Origin: a virus
Length of the DNA stretch: 64,000 nt
IMG/VR virus record: IMGVR_UViG_3300023084_000010
Coordinates: 1-64,000 of that record
Direction: 5' to 3' (one strand)
Shown here: positions 18,540 through 27,136 of the stretch, piece by piece
Layout: each line of letters begins with the position of its first letter
Numbering within the stretch: the stretch's first letter is position 1
Made by a program: the position numbers and the translations under genes
Notes under the pieces: generated by a model
What the model was told of the DNA's origin: nothing
Database searches by the model: none
What the model saw: only the letters and a program-made list of their open reading frames with translations

Positions 18540-21229
18540 CCAAAATCAAACAAACTTTCAAATGTAGTTTTGTCCTCTGCTTTAGTTAAGTCGATATCCA
18601 AAACTCCTAGCAAGTTTTCAATCTTCTTTGTGATAATTGTTTCTTCCATTTCATCTGTATCAAACGGAAGTTCTTTAAACCAGTCTGGGATACGAGTTTC
18701 GTCTGTCGGATATCCGATACTAGTAAATCCCATTGGATTACTTTTTAGTTTACAGACAATAGTTTTCATACCATCCATAATTTCCATACTATACTTGTCG
18801 CCGTTTAGTCTACGCATTCTGTTATAGTTAATTGCTGCACGAACATGTCCAGGCATGTTTGCTTTGCCTTTGTACATTTCCTGTCCGTCACGAGTCTTTT
18901 CCCATTCTAGTCCTGTGTAATATGTTAGTTTGTTAACACGTTTAGGTGTTCCGATTTCCCACGGCTCTTTGTTTCTAAACTCTTGTCTAAATTCAATAAT
19001 ACGATCGATTAGTTCTTCGTTGCTTGTGCCTGTTAGCGTTTTTAACAATAGTTCATTCAAGAAGTCTTGCATAAATGCTGGAGTGTCACTACGTTTCAAG
19101 TCTAAGCCCATTGCTTTAATTTTGCCTGGCTTGCCTCCTTGATCTTCTCTGAATCCTTCGTTGTCATAAACAAGAATTGCATAGCGTTTCTTCTTAATAA
19201 AGATGCCAGCACGTGCGCAAACTTCACGACCCGCTGCAATAATTTCGCCTTGTTCTGCATTTAATACATTATGTGCACGAGCCATATAATCAGGGAAAGT
19301 TACATTTGCTTGTTCACAAACTTCATCATAAATTGCAGTAACAGTATCCTTATCCCATGTGATTTCGCCAGCTTCGATTTGTTCTTTAAATATAGGATAA
19401 GCACTAAAGTATACAGAGTCTGTATCACCATATATGATTGCAGGTCCTACATGATTGTATTCGCCTGTAAACAGTTCGTTTACTTTAGCACCCATGTGTC
19501 TAGCAATAGTGCGTCCTGTTAGTGTTGTACTTTGACCCATACGTGGATCGTTGAATCTACTGCCAGGATTTAGTAGCGCACCATATAGTGAGTTCAAGTT
19601 AATCTTTTTAACAAGTTGTCGCTTATCCCAATACGCAAACTTTTCATCGTCTACGCCTTTTTGCTCTTTAGCATTTTTTTGCAGAACTTTACGTTCACTA
19701 TACCAACGTTCTAGCAAGCCTGGAATGATACCTTTTTTAGTTTGATCAACAATAGTACCATTACTTGTTAGTACCCACGGCTGCCCACTTTCAAATATAA
19801 TGTTGTATATTTCTGCACCTGTTGCAGACAGTTCTTCGCCATTTTCAAAGTCAATATACAGCAAGACTTCTTGGTCTTTGTCCATAACAAGTTCATATTC
19901 AGGACAAGCAAACTTGCCTTCCCATGCACGTGCAGGCTCCCATTTAAAATCATCTAACATTGGTACAGTTAGTGTGTGACGTATTTGTCCTACAATAGTT
20001 TCTGTACTTAAATTAGTACTACGCAAGATACTAGGATACAGACTGTTCAAGTCCATACTACCAATCCATTCGTGATAGCCGGATTTAGGAGTAGCAACAT
20101 ATGCGCCTGCGGCAGCAACTTGTTTAGGATAATGTTCTTGAATACGGTCATGTTCTTTGTCTGGAACAATCATGCCACGCCTGTGTGCTTCGTTTACAAT
20201 AGCCTGGTCTGTAACAGCAACCGCACCCATTGTTGTTTGTATAAGCACTGTGTTGTCGTGTGCAATAACGTTTGCAAGGTCAATGAACTGTAGCTTGTTG
20301 TCTAGTTTGACTAGTAGTTCGACGTCTTGTCTGTTATAGTCAATAAACGTATAAAAGTCATTGTTGTATAACTGATCTAGTGTACCTTGATATGCAATTT
20401 TACGTTCGTCAAGTTCGTATTCGCCAATAGCATCCAAACTATAAGAATGCATTTCGTGATATGTATACTTGCGATATAGTTCCATATAGTCTAAGTGCAA
20501 ACGACCGATTGTATCAAACGTTTCTTGTGTTTTGCCAAACTTTTCATACTCTCTGCGTTTTGGATATTTGTTCCACAAACAAAAACGTTTAGTATGTTCC
20601 TTGCCAAGAACTCTTGCTATACGATTAACCATATATGGAATATCAAAGCCTTCGCTGTTCCATCCGCTTAATACATCTGCATCTTCAATAAGATCTAAGA
20701 ACGTTTGTAGTAGTTCACGTTCATTGTCCATTAACAGTGTATCTTCAAACTTATCGCAAATTTCTTTTGCAGTTTCACGAGTAAGTGTATCAGGTTTGAT
20801 AACCAAACATATAGTTCTGCCAATCCAATTTAAGTGTACACCGATTGCTGTAACAGGATTAAACGGATCTTCAGGCGGCGCAAAGCCTACGTCTTTATCA
20901 AAGTCAACCTCAATATCGAAAAATGCAGTTTGTAGTTTAGGAGGATCAATATTTAAATAATTATCTGCTAAACATCTAAATACAGGATTAATATCACTTT
21001 CAAAAAGTCGTTGCCCACTGTATAGTTTCTTTTCTTTTTTGAATGCTTTACCGTTTGTAGTTGTAAAACGTTCTAACTTGTCGCCGAAAATACTTTCGTA
21101 TTTGCCACGTTGATCTTTGTAGTAAAACGTGTAACGTGCAGGATACTCTCTGTATTCTCTGCGCCCGTTTACACGCTCTGCTACGTATATAATATCTTTA
21201 TCTCTATCGAAATGTGCGTCTACATACAT
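18536..21229 (-). CDS. family B DNA polymerase (gp43-like)
   Basis: Exonuclease DIE, WN..FD and YN..D; polymerase DLNSLYPS, K..LNS.YG, YGDTDS and KKRY. Confidence 0.97.
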   Translation of the reverse strand: MYVDAHFDRDKDIIYVAERVNGRREYREYPARYTFYYKDQRGKYESIFGDKLERFTTTNGKAFKKEKKLYSGQRLFESDINPVFRCLADNYLNIDPPKLQTAFFDIEVDFDKDVGFAPPEDPFNPVTAIGVHLNWIGRTICLVIKPDTLTRETAKEICDKFEDTLLMDNERELLQTFLDLIEDADVLSGWNSEGFDIPYMVNRIARVLGKEHTKRFCLWNKYPKRREYEKFGKTQETFDTIGRLHLDYMELYRKYTYHEMHSYSLDAIGEYELDERKIAYQGTLDQLYNNDFYTFIDYNRQDVELLVKLDNKLQFIDLANVIAHDNTVLIQTTMGAVAVTDQAIVNEAHRRGMIVPDKEHDRIQEHYPKQVAAAGAYVATPKSGYHEWIGSMDLNSLYPSILRSTNLSTETIVGQIRHTLTVPMLDDFKWEPARAWEGKFACPEYELVMDKDQEVLLYIDFENGEELSATGAEIYNIIFESGQPWVLTSNGTIVDQTKKGIIPGLLERWYSERKVLQKNAKEQKGVDDEKFAYWDKRQLVKKINLNSLYGALLNPGSRFNDPRMGQSTTLTGRTIARHMGAKVNELFTGEYNHVGPAIIYGDTDSVYFSAYPIFKEQIEAGEITWDKDTVTAIYDEVCEQANVTFPDYMARAHNVLNAEQGEIIAAGREVCARAGIFIKKKRYAILVYDNEGFREDQGGKPGKIKAMGLDLKRSDTPAFMQDFLNELLLKTLTGTSNEELIDRIIEFRQEFRNKEPWEIGTPKRVNKLTYYTGLEWEKTRDGQEMYKGKANMPGHVRAAINYNRMRRLNGDKYSMEIMDGMKTIVCKLKSNPMGFTSIGYPTDETRIPDWFKELPFDTDEMEETIITKKIENLLGVLDIDLTKAEDKTTFESLFDFG

Positions 21230-21489
21230 TAAACGTCTTTACCAACTGCCGCTAATACTTCTTCTAGTTCGTTAAATCCTTCTGCTACTTTAGCAAACTC
21301 TTGCTTGTATGCAATACGGATAGCTTTGTTAATTGTTGCAGGTTTCATGTCTAGTTCTTCTGCAATTGCTCGTACAGTATCAGTTAGTCCGCCTTTGAGC
21401 GTTTCTACTTCTGCTGTTACTTGAATACCTTCGTTGATAATTTGTTTAAGTTTCGTGATCTCGCTGTCACTGAAAGAACGTGTAGGCAT
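21229..21489 (-). CDS. small dsDNA-binding protein (T4 DsbA/GapR-like)
   Basis: Helical 86 aa with D..A.AEEL...P..INKAI..AYK; first gene of replication operon. Confidence 0.6.
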   Translation of the reverse strand: MPTRSFSDSEITKLKQIINEGIQVTAEVETLKGGLTDTVRAIAEELDMKPATINKAIRIAYKQEFAKVAEGFNELEEVLAAVGKDV

Positions 21490-21523
21490 ATGCTACTCCT
21501 TTTAATTTAGTTATATTGTTATG

Positions 21524-21552
21524 AATATAAGATAAAAAAAGCGTTTTGTCAA
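21524..21552 (-). promoter_or_regulatory. sigma70-type promoter of replication operon
   Basis: TTGACA-17 nt-TATATT. Confidence 0.8.
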
Positions 21553-21827
21553 CGCTTTTCTAATTCTTCTAGACGCTTTTCTATGCTGTCTATTTTTGCT
21601 GTAATTTTCGGATACTTCTTTCTCCAAGCATCCTCTGGCTGTTCTAGCCATGTTAAGCCCCATCGTTCTACCAAGTAATCTACCATACGGTCAAACTTAG
21701 CATAACCCCAAAGACCTAATCTTGTAGTGCTCAAGTATGCTAGTACCATTGCACCTGCAATACTACCAGCAATACTTGTGTAAATCCATGTACGATCGCT
21801 CGCCATGTTTTGTATCATATCCCACAT
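21549..21827 (-). CDS. small membrane protein (holin/antiholin candidate)
   Basis: One TM segment; downstream of endolysin. Confidence 0.55.
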   Translation of the reverse strand: MWDMIQNMASDRTWIYTSIAGSIAGAMVLAYLSTTRLGLWGYAKFDRMVDYLVERWGLTWLEQPEDAWRKKYPKITAKIDSIEKRLEELEKR

Positions 21828-21979
21828 TATTCAGACTTCCAAATAGTCCATGCGCCATATGCAATTGCGGCATAGCCAACCAAGTTAACCGGTGCCATTA
21901 CCATTACCAAACCAGCCGCTACTAGCATCACTCCATCCAGTGTGGTTCTTTCTTTTAGTCTGTTTTTTAACCAATTCAT
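21827..21979 (-). CDS. small two-TM membrane protein (holin-like)
   Basis: MNWLKNRLKERTTLDG followed by two hydrophobic helices. Confidence 0.65.
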   Translation of the reverse strand: MNWLKNRLKERTTLDGVMLVAAGLVMVMAPVNLVGYAAIAYGAWTIWKSE

Positions 21980-22071
21980 TGTACTCTCTCCAATATTTGT
22001 TTCGATCATTAGTTGATGTTTTATTAGCTTCGTGCTCTTTTAGTTTCATTACATAATGATCTGTATCCATA

Positions 22072-22263
22072 TTATTCTCCAAACATGCTGATTAGTTCTG
22101 GACCAAAACTTCCTGCTGCCCAACCTAGTGCAACAATAGCAATTACTCCCATTACTAACCATTTCATTTTAAAGTCATCTACATCCATACGTAGTGCAAC
22201 TAGTTCATTTCCTAGTATGCGAACACTAACTTCTAATTTACCTTTATCATCTTTTTCGGTCAT
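22072..22263 (-). CDS. small membrane protein
   Basis: C-terminal TM; ATGA-coupled to endolysin. Confidence 0.6.
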   Translation of the reverse strand: MTEKDDKGKLEVSVRILGNELVALRMDVDDFKMKWLVMGVIAIVALGWAAGSFGPELISMFGE

Positions 22264-23114
22264 TCGTCTTCTCCAAATAGCATTGCTAAACTAATTGGAC
22301 CCATAACACCATCTGGAGTTAGTCCATTTTCTTCTTGCCATGCTTTTACGTGTGCTTCAGTGCCACGGCCAAAAATTCCGTCTGCACCAATTTCCAATTC
22401 TTCTTGTACTGCACGTACTGTTGGACCACGTGAACCTAAACGTACTGTTTCGTATACAATTTTACTTGGCTCCCAATGTCCGCCTAGAACTTCCATAGCG
22501 TGTTCGTAATGCTTCTTACGATCTTCTAATCCAATGTAGCCACCGTTGATACGTTTTGTTGCACCTTTAACATCACGAGCATCTGCATACTTGTTGATGT
22601 CATTTGTATCCCAGAACCAGCAAGCACTGTCTAGCGCACCTTTTTTAGTACGCACGTACTCCACTGCTTCTTCAGGTGACATATCTACTTCTATTCCGAA
22701 TTGAGTATAGTTATAGCGTCCTGTAAGTTGTAGTATTCCACCACCACGGTACCGCCAACCATCACCGCTATCAGTATCCCCATTATCCATTCTATTGGCA
22801 TAAATGACGTTAGCAATCTTACGAGGTTGTCTGTGATATTCTTGAGCATCTCTGCCTGCCCTTTCAAAATATTTTGGAAAAATTGCGTTAAGTGCTTTTG
22901 CACTATAGTTTAAGTTTTCGCTTAGTACTTTAAAGTTGTTAGATTCGTGTCCGCACTGTGCAATAAACATTGCTACACGCTCTGGTGTATCCATTTCCCA
23001 TAATGGAAGAACTTCACACATTGCATCATACCAATCTTCTGCTTCTTCGTTTCCACGTAGTAATTCGATTGCCATTTCTTCGGTAAAATCGAATTCAAAA
23101 TCTTCTACTGCCAT
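22260..23114 (-). CDS. endolysin, GH19 chitinase-like domain plus C-terminal peptidoglycan-binding domain
   Basis: FIAQCGHES, ENLNYS, YRGGG..QLTGR.NY, INGG..GL.DR; DGIFG..T PG-binding repeat. Confidence 0.93.
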   Translation of the reverse strand: MAVEDFEFDFTEEMAIELLRGNEEAEDWYDAMCEVLPLWEMDTPERVAMFIAQCGHESNNFKVLSENLNYSAKALNAIFPKYFERAGRDAQEYHRQPRKIANVIYANRMDNGDTDSGDGWRYRGGGILQLTGRYNYTQFGIEVDMSPEEAVEYVRTKKGALDSACWFWDTNDINKYADARDVKGATKRINGGYIGLEDRKKHYEHAMEVLGGHWEPSKIVYETVRLGSRGPTVRAVQEELEIGADGIFGRGTEAHVKAWQEENGLTPDGVMGPISLAMLFGEDE

Positions 23115-23141
23115 TTTACAATTCCTTGTTTTATGTATTGC

Positions 23142-23147
23142 TATTTA
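23142..23147 (-). promoter_or_regulatory. T4-type late promoter motif
   Basis: TAAATA upstream of endolysin; same motif recurs before other late-type genes. Confidence 0.65.
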
Positions 23148-23741
23148 TTTTACAAATGCACCAATTCTGCCGTGTACATCTGGGTACTCTCTATATGTAT
23201 ATCCTTCTGGCGGTACAGTGCTTTCACCTTTCCACACAGGAATAAAATGATCTGCATCACCGTCAAAGTCTACATTATGTCTTAAATGTACTTCTATTAG
23301 GTTGCCGTCTATGTATTCGCAGTTTACCCATTCATACTTTTGTAAAAATGGCATAATTAAACTTGGTCTATTTACATAGTCTTTTGTACGTTTCCATTCT
23401 TTCCAACGTACAAAATCGTCGTCTTTGTGTTTGAAACCTTCTACACACAATACTTGCAAACCATAATGATAATCTACACTTAAATGTCTGCCTACAAATA
23501 TTTCGCACCAAAAGTGTCCAGGTGTTAAATGATCTGTTGTATTTTCAATATACTCAATACTAGCACCTAAGCCTAGTCCTATTGCATTTACTGCAGGACG
23601 TACAATATAGTAGCCTGGTTCGTCTACTCTAACACCTACAGGTCCGCAGTTGTATCCCATTTGTTTGCTGAGTATAAGTTTATCCATGATCCACATATCT
23701 GCCGGATCAATTGTTTTCCAAACTTCTTCTTCTGGGTGCAT
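23145..23741 (-). CDS. ATP-grasp-like phage protein
   Basis: IVRP..N..GLG.GA, FWCE.F.GRH.SVDY and N.EY....LIEVHLR motifs. Confidence 0.65.
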   Translation of the reverse strand: MHPEEEVWKTIDPADMWIMDKLILSKQMGYNCGPVGVRVDEPGYYIVRPAVNAIGLGLGASIEYIENTTDHLTPGHFWCEIFVGRHLSVDYHYGLQVLCVEGFKHKDDDFVRWKEWKRTKDYVNRPSLIMPFLQKYEWVNCEYIDGNLIEVHLRHNVDFDGDADHFIPVWKGESTVPPEGYTYREYPDVHGRIGAFVK

Positions 23742-23911
23742 TAGAATCCTAGTTCTATTCCGCTATCAACGCCTGTCCATTCGTCTCTTGTTCGAATTGG
23801 GCGTTCTGAACAATGTTCACATTCGCATTGTTGACAAACATCATTTGCACAATCTTGGCACTCAGTGCCACAGTGATGATCACAATGACAGTTTTGACAT
23901 TTACAAGACAT
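23741..23911 (-). CDS. metallothionein-like Cys/His-rich peptide (56 aa, not in ORF track)
   Basis: MSCKCQNCHCDHHCGTECQDCANDVCQQCECEHCSERPIRTRDEWTGVDSGIELGF; AAGGAG RBS; TAATG coupling. Confidence 0.75.
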   Translation of the reverse strand: MSCKCQNCHCDHHCGTECQDCANDVCQQCECEHCSERPIRTRDEWTGVDSGIELGF

Positions 23912-23921
23912 TGATTACTCC

Positions 23922-26900
23922 TTAGTCTTTTTTACGGCAAGAACCTGGCTCGCCACGTTTCTTCCCTGGAACTTTTTCATACCCATCCCAGCATTTATCA
24001 TATTCTTTACTGTTAGGATGTGCTTCTGTTGTCTTTTTACGGCGTTGCATTTTACCCATTGGCTGTGCAACACTAGCAATTCCACCTGCGCTAGTCATTT
24101 CGTTGAACATTTCTTTACGTTTCTTTTCAACATACTTGCTAGCACGAGCATACATACCGTCGTATCTGTCATTCATTTGGTCATCTAAGTCCATGTTATA
24201 CAACCAGTCTTCAATTTCTTCTAATTCATCTTGTTCGTATGCTTCCCAATCAAGTCTTGAAATATTACTAAAGTCCCAATCCAGGTCATCCATAAATTCT
24301 AATCCTGCTGATTCTTTAACTTCTTTTTCATCGTCATCTTCAATGCCACGCTTCTTTTTACTGTCTTTGATTGCTTGTTGCATAATTTTTTGCAATCTCA
24401 TTTGTGCTTGCATGTTGTGGTCTGGACGTCTTTTTTGACCTTCTGGTATCTCTCCAGTTGGATCCATTTTATTAATGGCATCAATGATTAATTTGTCCAA
24501 TTGCTGATGCAATGACTTACCGCCATCGGGTAATTTTTTCATTACGCTCGACATACCAATATCAAATGCTAGCTCTTCATGTGCTCGCATTCTCATTTCG
24601 TGTTGGTTTACACCTTTTTTTAGCCCTGCTTTAAACTCATGAAATGCTGCTTCTACGGCTTGATCTGGATCGTTAAGATCTATATCGAGATCTTCGTTAT
24701 CTTCCATTGCTTGTTTGCGAATAGTTGCAAAGTATACACTTTCCCAATCATCGCCGTACTGCTTTTTCATTGACGCTTTCATGTCACTGTCATCGTACTT
24801 TTTCTTTAAACGCTTTTCTTTTGACTTTTCTGCTTTAGTCATTTTACGTTCGTCAACTTCATCTGAACTATGTCCTAAATGCTTGTGTACAAGTGCATCA
24901 AGTGCACGGTGAAAAGCATCAATTTCATCATCTGACATTTCTTCATTAACACGAGGACCATTAATTAAGTTCGGTGCTTTTGGTTTGGGTGCAGTACGAG
25001 CACGTTGCGCCGCTGCCATTTCTTGATCATAAGTTGACTGACTTACAGGACCACTTGCAAGTCCACCACGGCGAAAACCTGGATTCAATCTTGATGTGCC
25101 TGCTGGTAAAGCTGCTGACTCAGTTTGTAGACCATACTGTGCAAACATATCAATGATCATGTCTTTGTTTGCTTCCATCCAATCACGTTCACGTGTCATA
25201 CTGTATACATGTCCATAAGCATCATAGGCGTGCATGTTATGGCGAATTGCATTTTCTGCGTGTTGCGCCATTGCTGAATCGCCATCTTCATCTGTGTCTG
25301 GCCAGTCAATACTGCCAAGCCCACGAGCAGATTCTTTCATGCCACGTCTGTCGTTGTCTAGTTCTTTAAACTCATCATATGAAAGATACATGTCAGTATC
25401 TGGATCGTAGTACGCACCTTCTTTTGGATCGTAGTAAACTACTTTACCACTTAGTGTACTAAATGGTCCTTCTAAACCTGGACGTTCTTGATAACGATCT
25501 CTGTCAATTGGTGGAAGTTCTTTGTAGCCTTCGCTATATTTTTTCTTTTTATTTTTGTTATATTTTCCTTCACCGAGTGCACCTTTATTGTAACGTTGTG
25601 CAATTTGGCTTAGTGTGTCTCCACTTTTTACTGTGTACGAACCACCGTTTGGCAAAGTAATTGTGTCACCTGGATAAATTTTATTTGCATCTTTAATACC
25701 ACTTGCACGTGCCAAATCTTGATATGTAACTTTTGATTGTGTTGACTGTTTTTTAGCAGGCTCGTTAAATTTAAGTGCTTGTTTTACTGCATTGTCAATA
25801 CTTGGTTTGTCTGGGCCAGTTGTGGTTGGACGCAATTTAGGACGAGGGCTTGTTGCTCTGCTTGGTTCTTTTGTTTGTGGTTGAGCTGCTGTACCTGGTG
25901 CGGTGATTTGATAATTAGAAGATTTTTTAATTACTTTGTCCGCATGTGTAGTAGCCATTGCTTGCGCTTTCGGGCCACGACTTAAAATACCAGGGCCGCC
26001 ATTATACATCATAACTGCTACTCTGTCATCTTCTGCACCATATGTATTTTTCATAGCAGAATAATATCTCATAGCAACATCTGTGTTAACAAACGGATCT
26101 TCAACATCAGCTAAACTAAAGTTTGTACCGTAAATTCTGTTAACGTCATCGATTGCAGGTTGACGAAGTTGGAAAATACCAATAGCACTACCACCGTCTC
26201 CACGTGCAGAATTATCAAATCCACTTTCTTGATCTGCCATACCCATAGCAATATGATACGGAACATTGTATTTTTCTGCTGTGGTACGAATCATTTCAGC
26301 TGTTGCATCACCTACTTTTTCGCTCACTGGACGTAACTTAGGGCGTGGACTTGTTGATCTGTCTGATCCAGGACGTAACTTAGGACGTGGGCTTGTACTT
26401 CTAGGATCTGTTAATCCTTTGTTTTGAGGATGTGATGGTTGATCCATGTGTCCTGCATTTGGATTAAAATAATCATGGTCTGTATCAAATCCACGTGTAC
26501 TTCCTGTCATCTGACCATTTGGTGCACGTTCACGACGACCGATATTATCGTTAGGTCCTTCTTTCATTACAGTTGTAATCATTTGTGTTGTATCAACTGT
26601 AGGTCCTTCAAAAATAGTAAGCATACGTACACGGTCTTCGTCTTTTGTAGTAAGATTCGGATACGCTTCCATTACACGTTCCCATGAAAGAGATGCAGTA
26701 TCTTTTAGTTCTGATTCTGTTAGTGCACGTTCATTATAGTATTTTTTACTTTGTGCTTGTGCAGCACTTTCACCGATAAAACCTACATGCTTTAATAGTT
26801 TATTAGATAGTTTTTGTTCGTTAACTTTTTTGTATTCATCTAGTGCAATTTTATATTCTACTACTACACGTTTATATTCTTGTTTCATCGAAGCACGTTC

Positions 26901-27134
26901 TTCTTTAAGCATATTGTCTTTGTGTAATGACAAGTATTTTTTAATGCTTTCTTGGAAATATTTTTTAGTTGTGTCCCAACTGATAACTCCATGTGCATAA
27001 CATTCAAATACACTATACATATTTGCCTGAACTTTATCAAACTCTCTACCTGTGACTGCAAATTTGTTTCTTGATTCTTTTGCAATGTCTAGTATGTTTT
27101 TTGCTGCTTTAATAGGTTTCATTTTGTTTTCCAA
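23922..27134 (-). CDS. large multi-module virion-internal protein with lytic transglycosylase (SLT) and LysM elements
   Basis: A.QES.F...A....A.G.FQL and YNGGPG SLT motifs; LysM halves; many xxE|G/S/A junctions. Confidence 0.8.
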   Translation of the reverse strand: MENKMKPIKAAKNILDIAKESRNKFAVTGREFDKVQANMYSVFECYAHGVISWDTTKKYFQESIKKYLSLHKDNMLKEERASMKQEYKRVVVEYKIALDEYKKVNEQKLSNKLLKHVGFIGESAAQAQSKKYYNERALTESELKDTASLSWERVMEAYPNLTTKDEDRVRMLTIFEGPTVDTTQMITTVMKEGPNDNIGRRERAPNGQMTGSTRGFDTDHDYFNPNAGHMDQPSHPQNKGLTDPRSTSPRPKLRPGSDRSTSPRPKLRPVSEKVGDATAEMIRTTAEKYNVPYHIAMGMADQESGFDNSARGDGGSAIGIFQLRQPAIDDVNRIYGTNFSLADVEDPFVNTDVAMRYYSAMKNTYGAEDDRVAVMMYNGGPGILSRGPKAQAMATTHADKVIKKSSNYQITAPGTAAQPQTKEPSRATSPRPKLRPTTTGPDKPSIDNAVKQALKFNEPAKKQSTQSKVTYQDLARASGIKDANKIYPGDTITLPNGGSYTVKSGDTLSQIAQRYNKGALGEGKYNKNKKKKYSEGYKELPPIDRDRYQERPGLEGPFSTLSGKVVYYDPKEGAYYDPDTDMYLSYDEFKELDNDRRGMKESARGLGSIDWPDTDEDGDSAMAQHAENAIRHNMHAYDAYGHVYSMTRERDWMEANKDMIIDMFAQYGLQTESAALPAGTSRLNPGFRRGGLASGPVSQSTYDQEMAAAQRARTAPKPKAPNLINGPRVNEEMSDDEIDAFHRALDALVHKHLGHSSDEVDERKMTKAEKSKEKRLKKKYDDSDMKASMKKQYGDDWESVYFATIRKQAMEDNEDLDIDLNDPDQAVEAAFHEFKAGLKKGVNQHEMRMRAHEELAFDIGMSSVMKKLPDGGKSLHQQLDKLIIDAINKMDPTGEIPEGQKRRPDHNMQAQMRLQKIMQQAIKDSKKKRGIEDDDEKEVKESAGLEFMDDLDWDFSNISRLDWEAYEQDELEEIEDWLYNMDLDDQMNDRYDGMYARASKYVEKKRKEMFNEMTSAGGIASVAQPMGKMQRRKKTTEAHPNSKEYDKCWDGYEKVPGKKRGEPGSCRKKD

Positions 27135-27136
27135 TA

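Noticed and set aside
18536-21229. Intron or intein in the DNA polymerase
   Set aside because: Continuous 897-aa ORF with normally spaced PolB motifs and no splice-junction signatures.
21885-22082. 65-aa ORF in the lysis region
   Set aside because: Overlaps the holin-like gene by about 95 nt and has no recognisable motif; the N-terminal half could be real but is unsupported.
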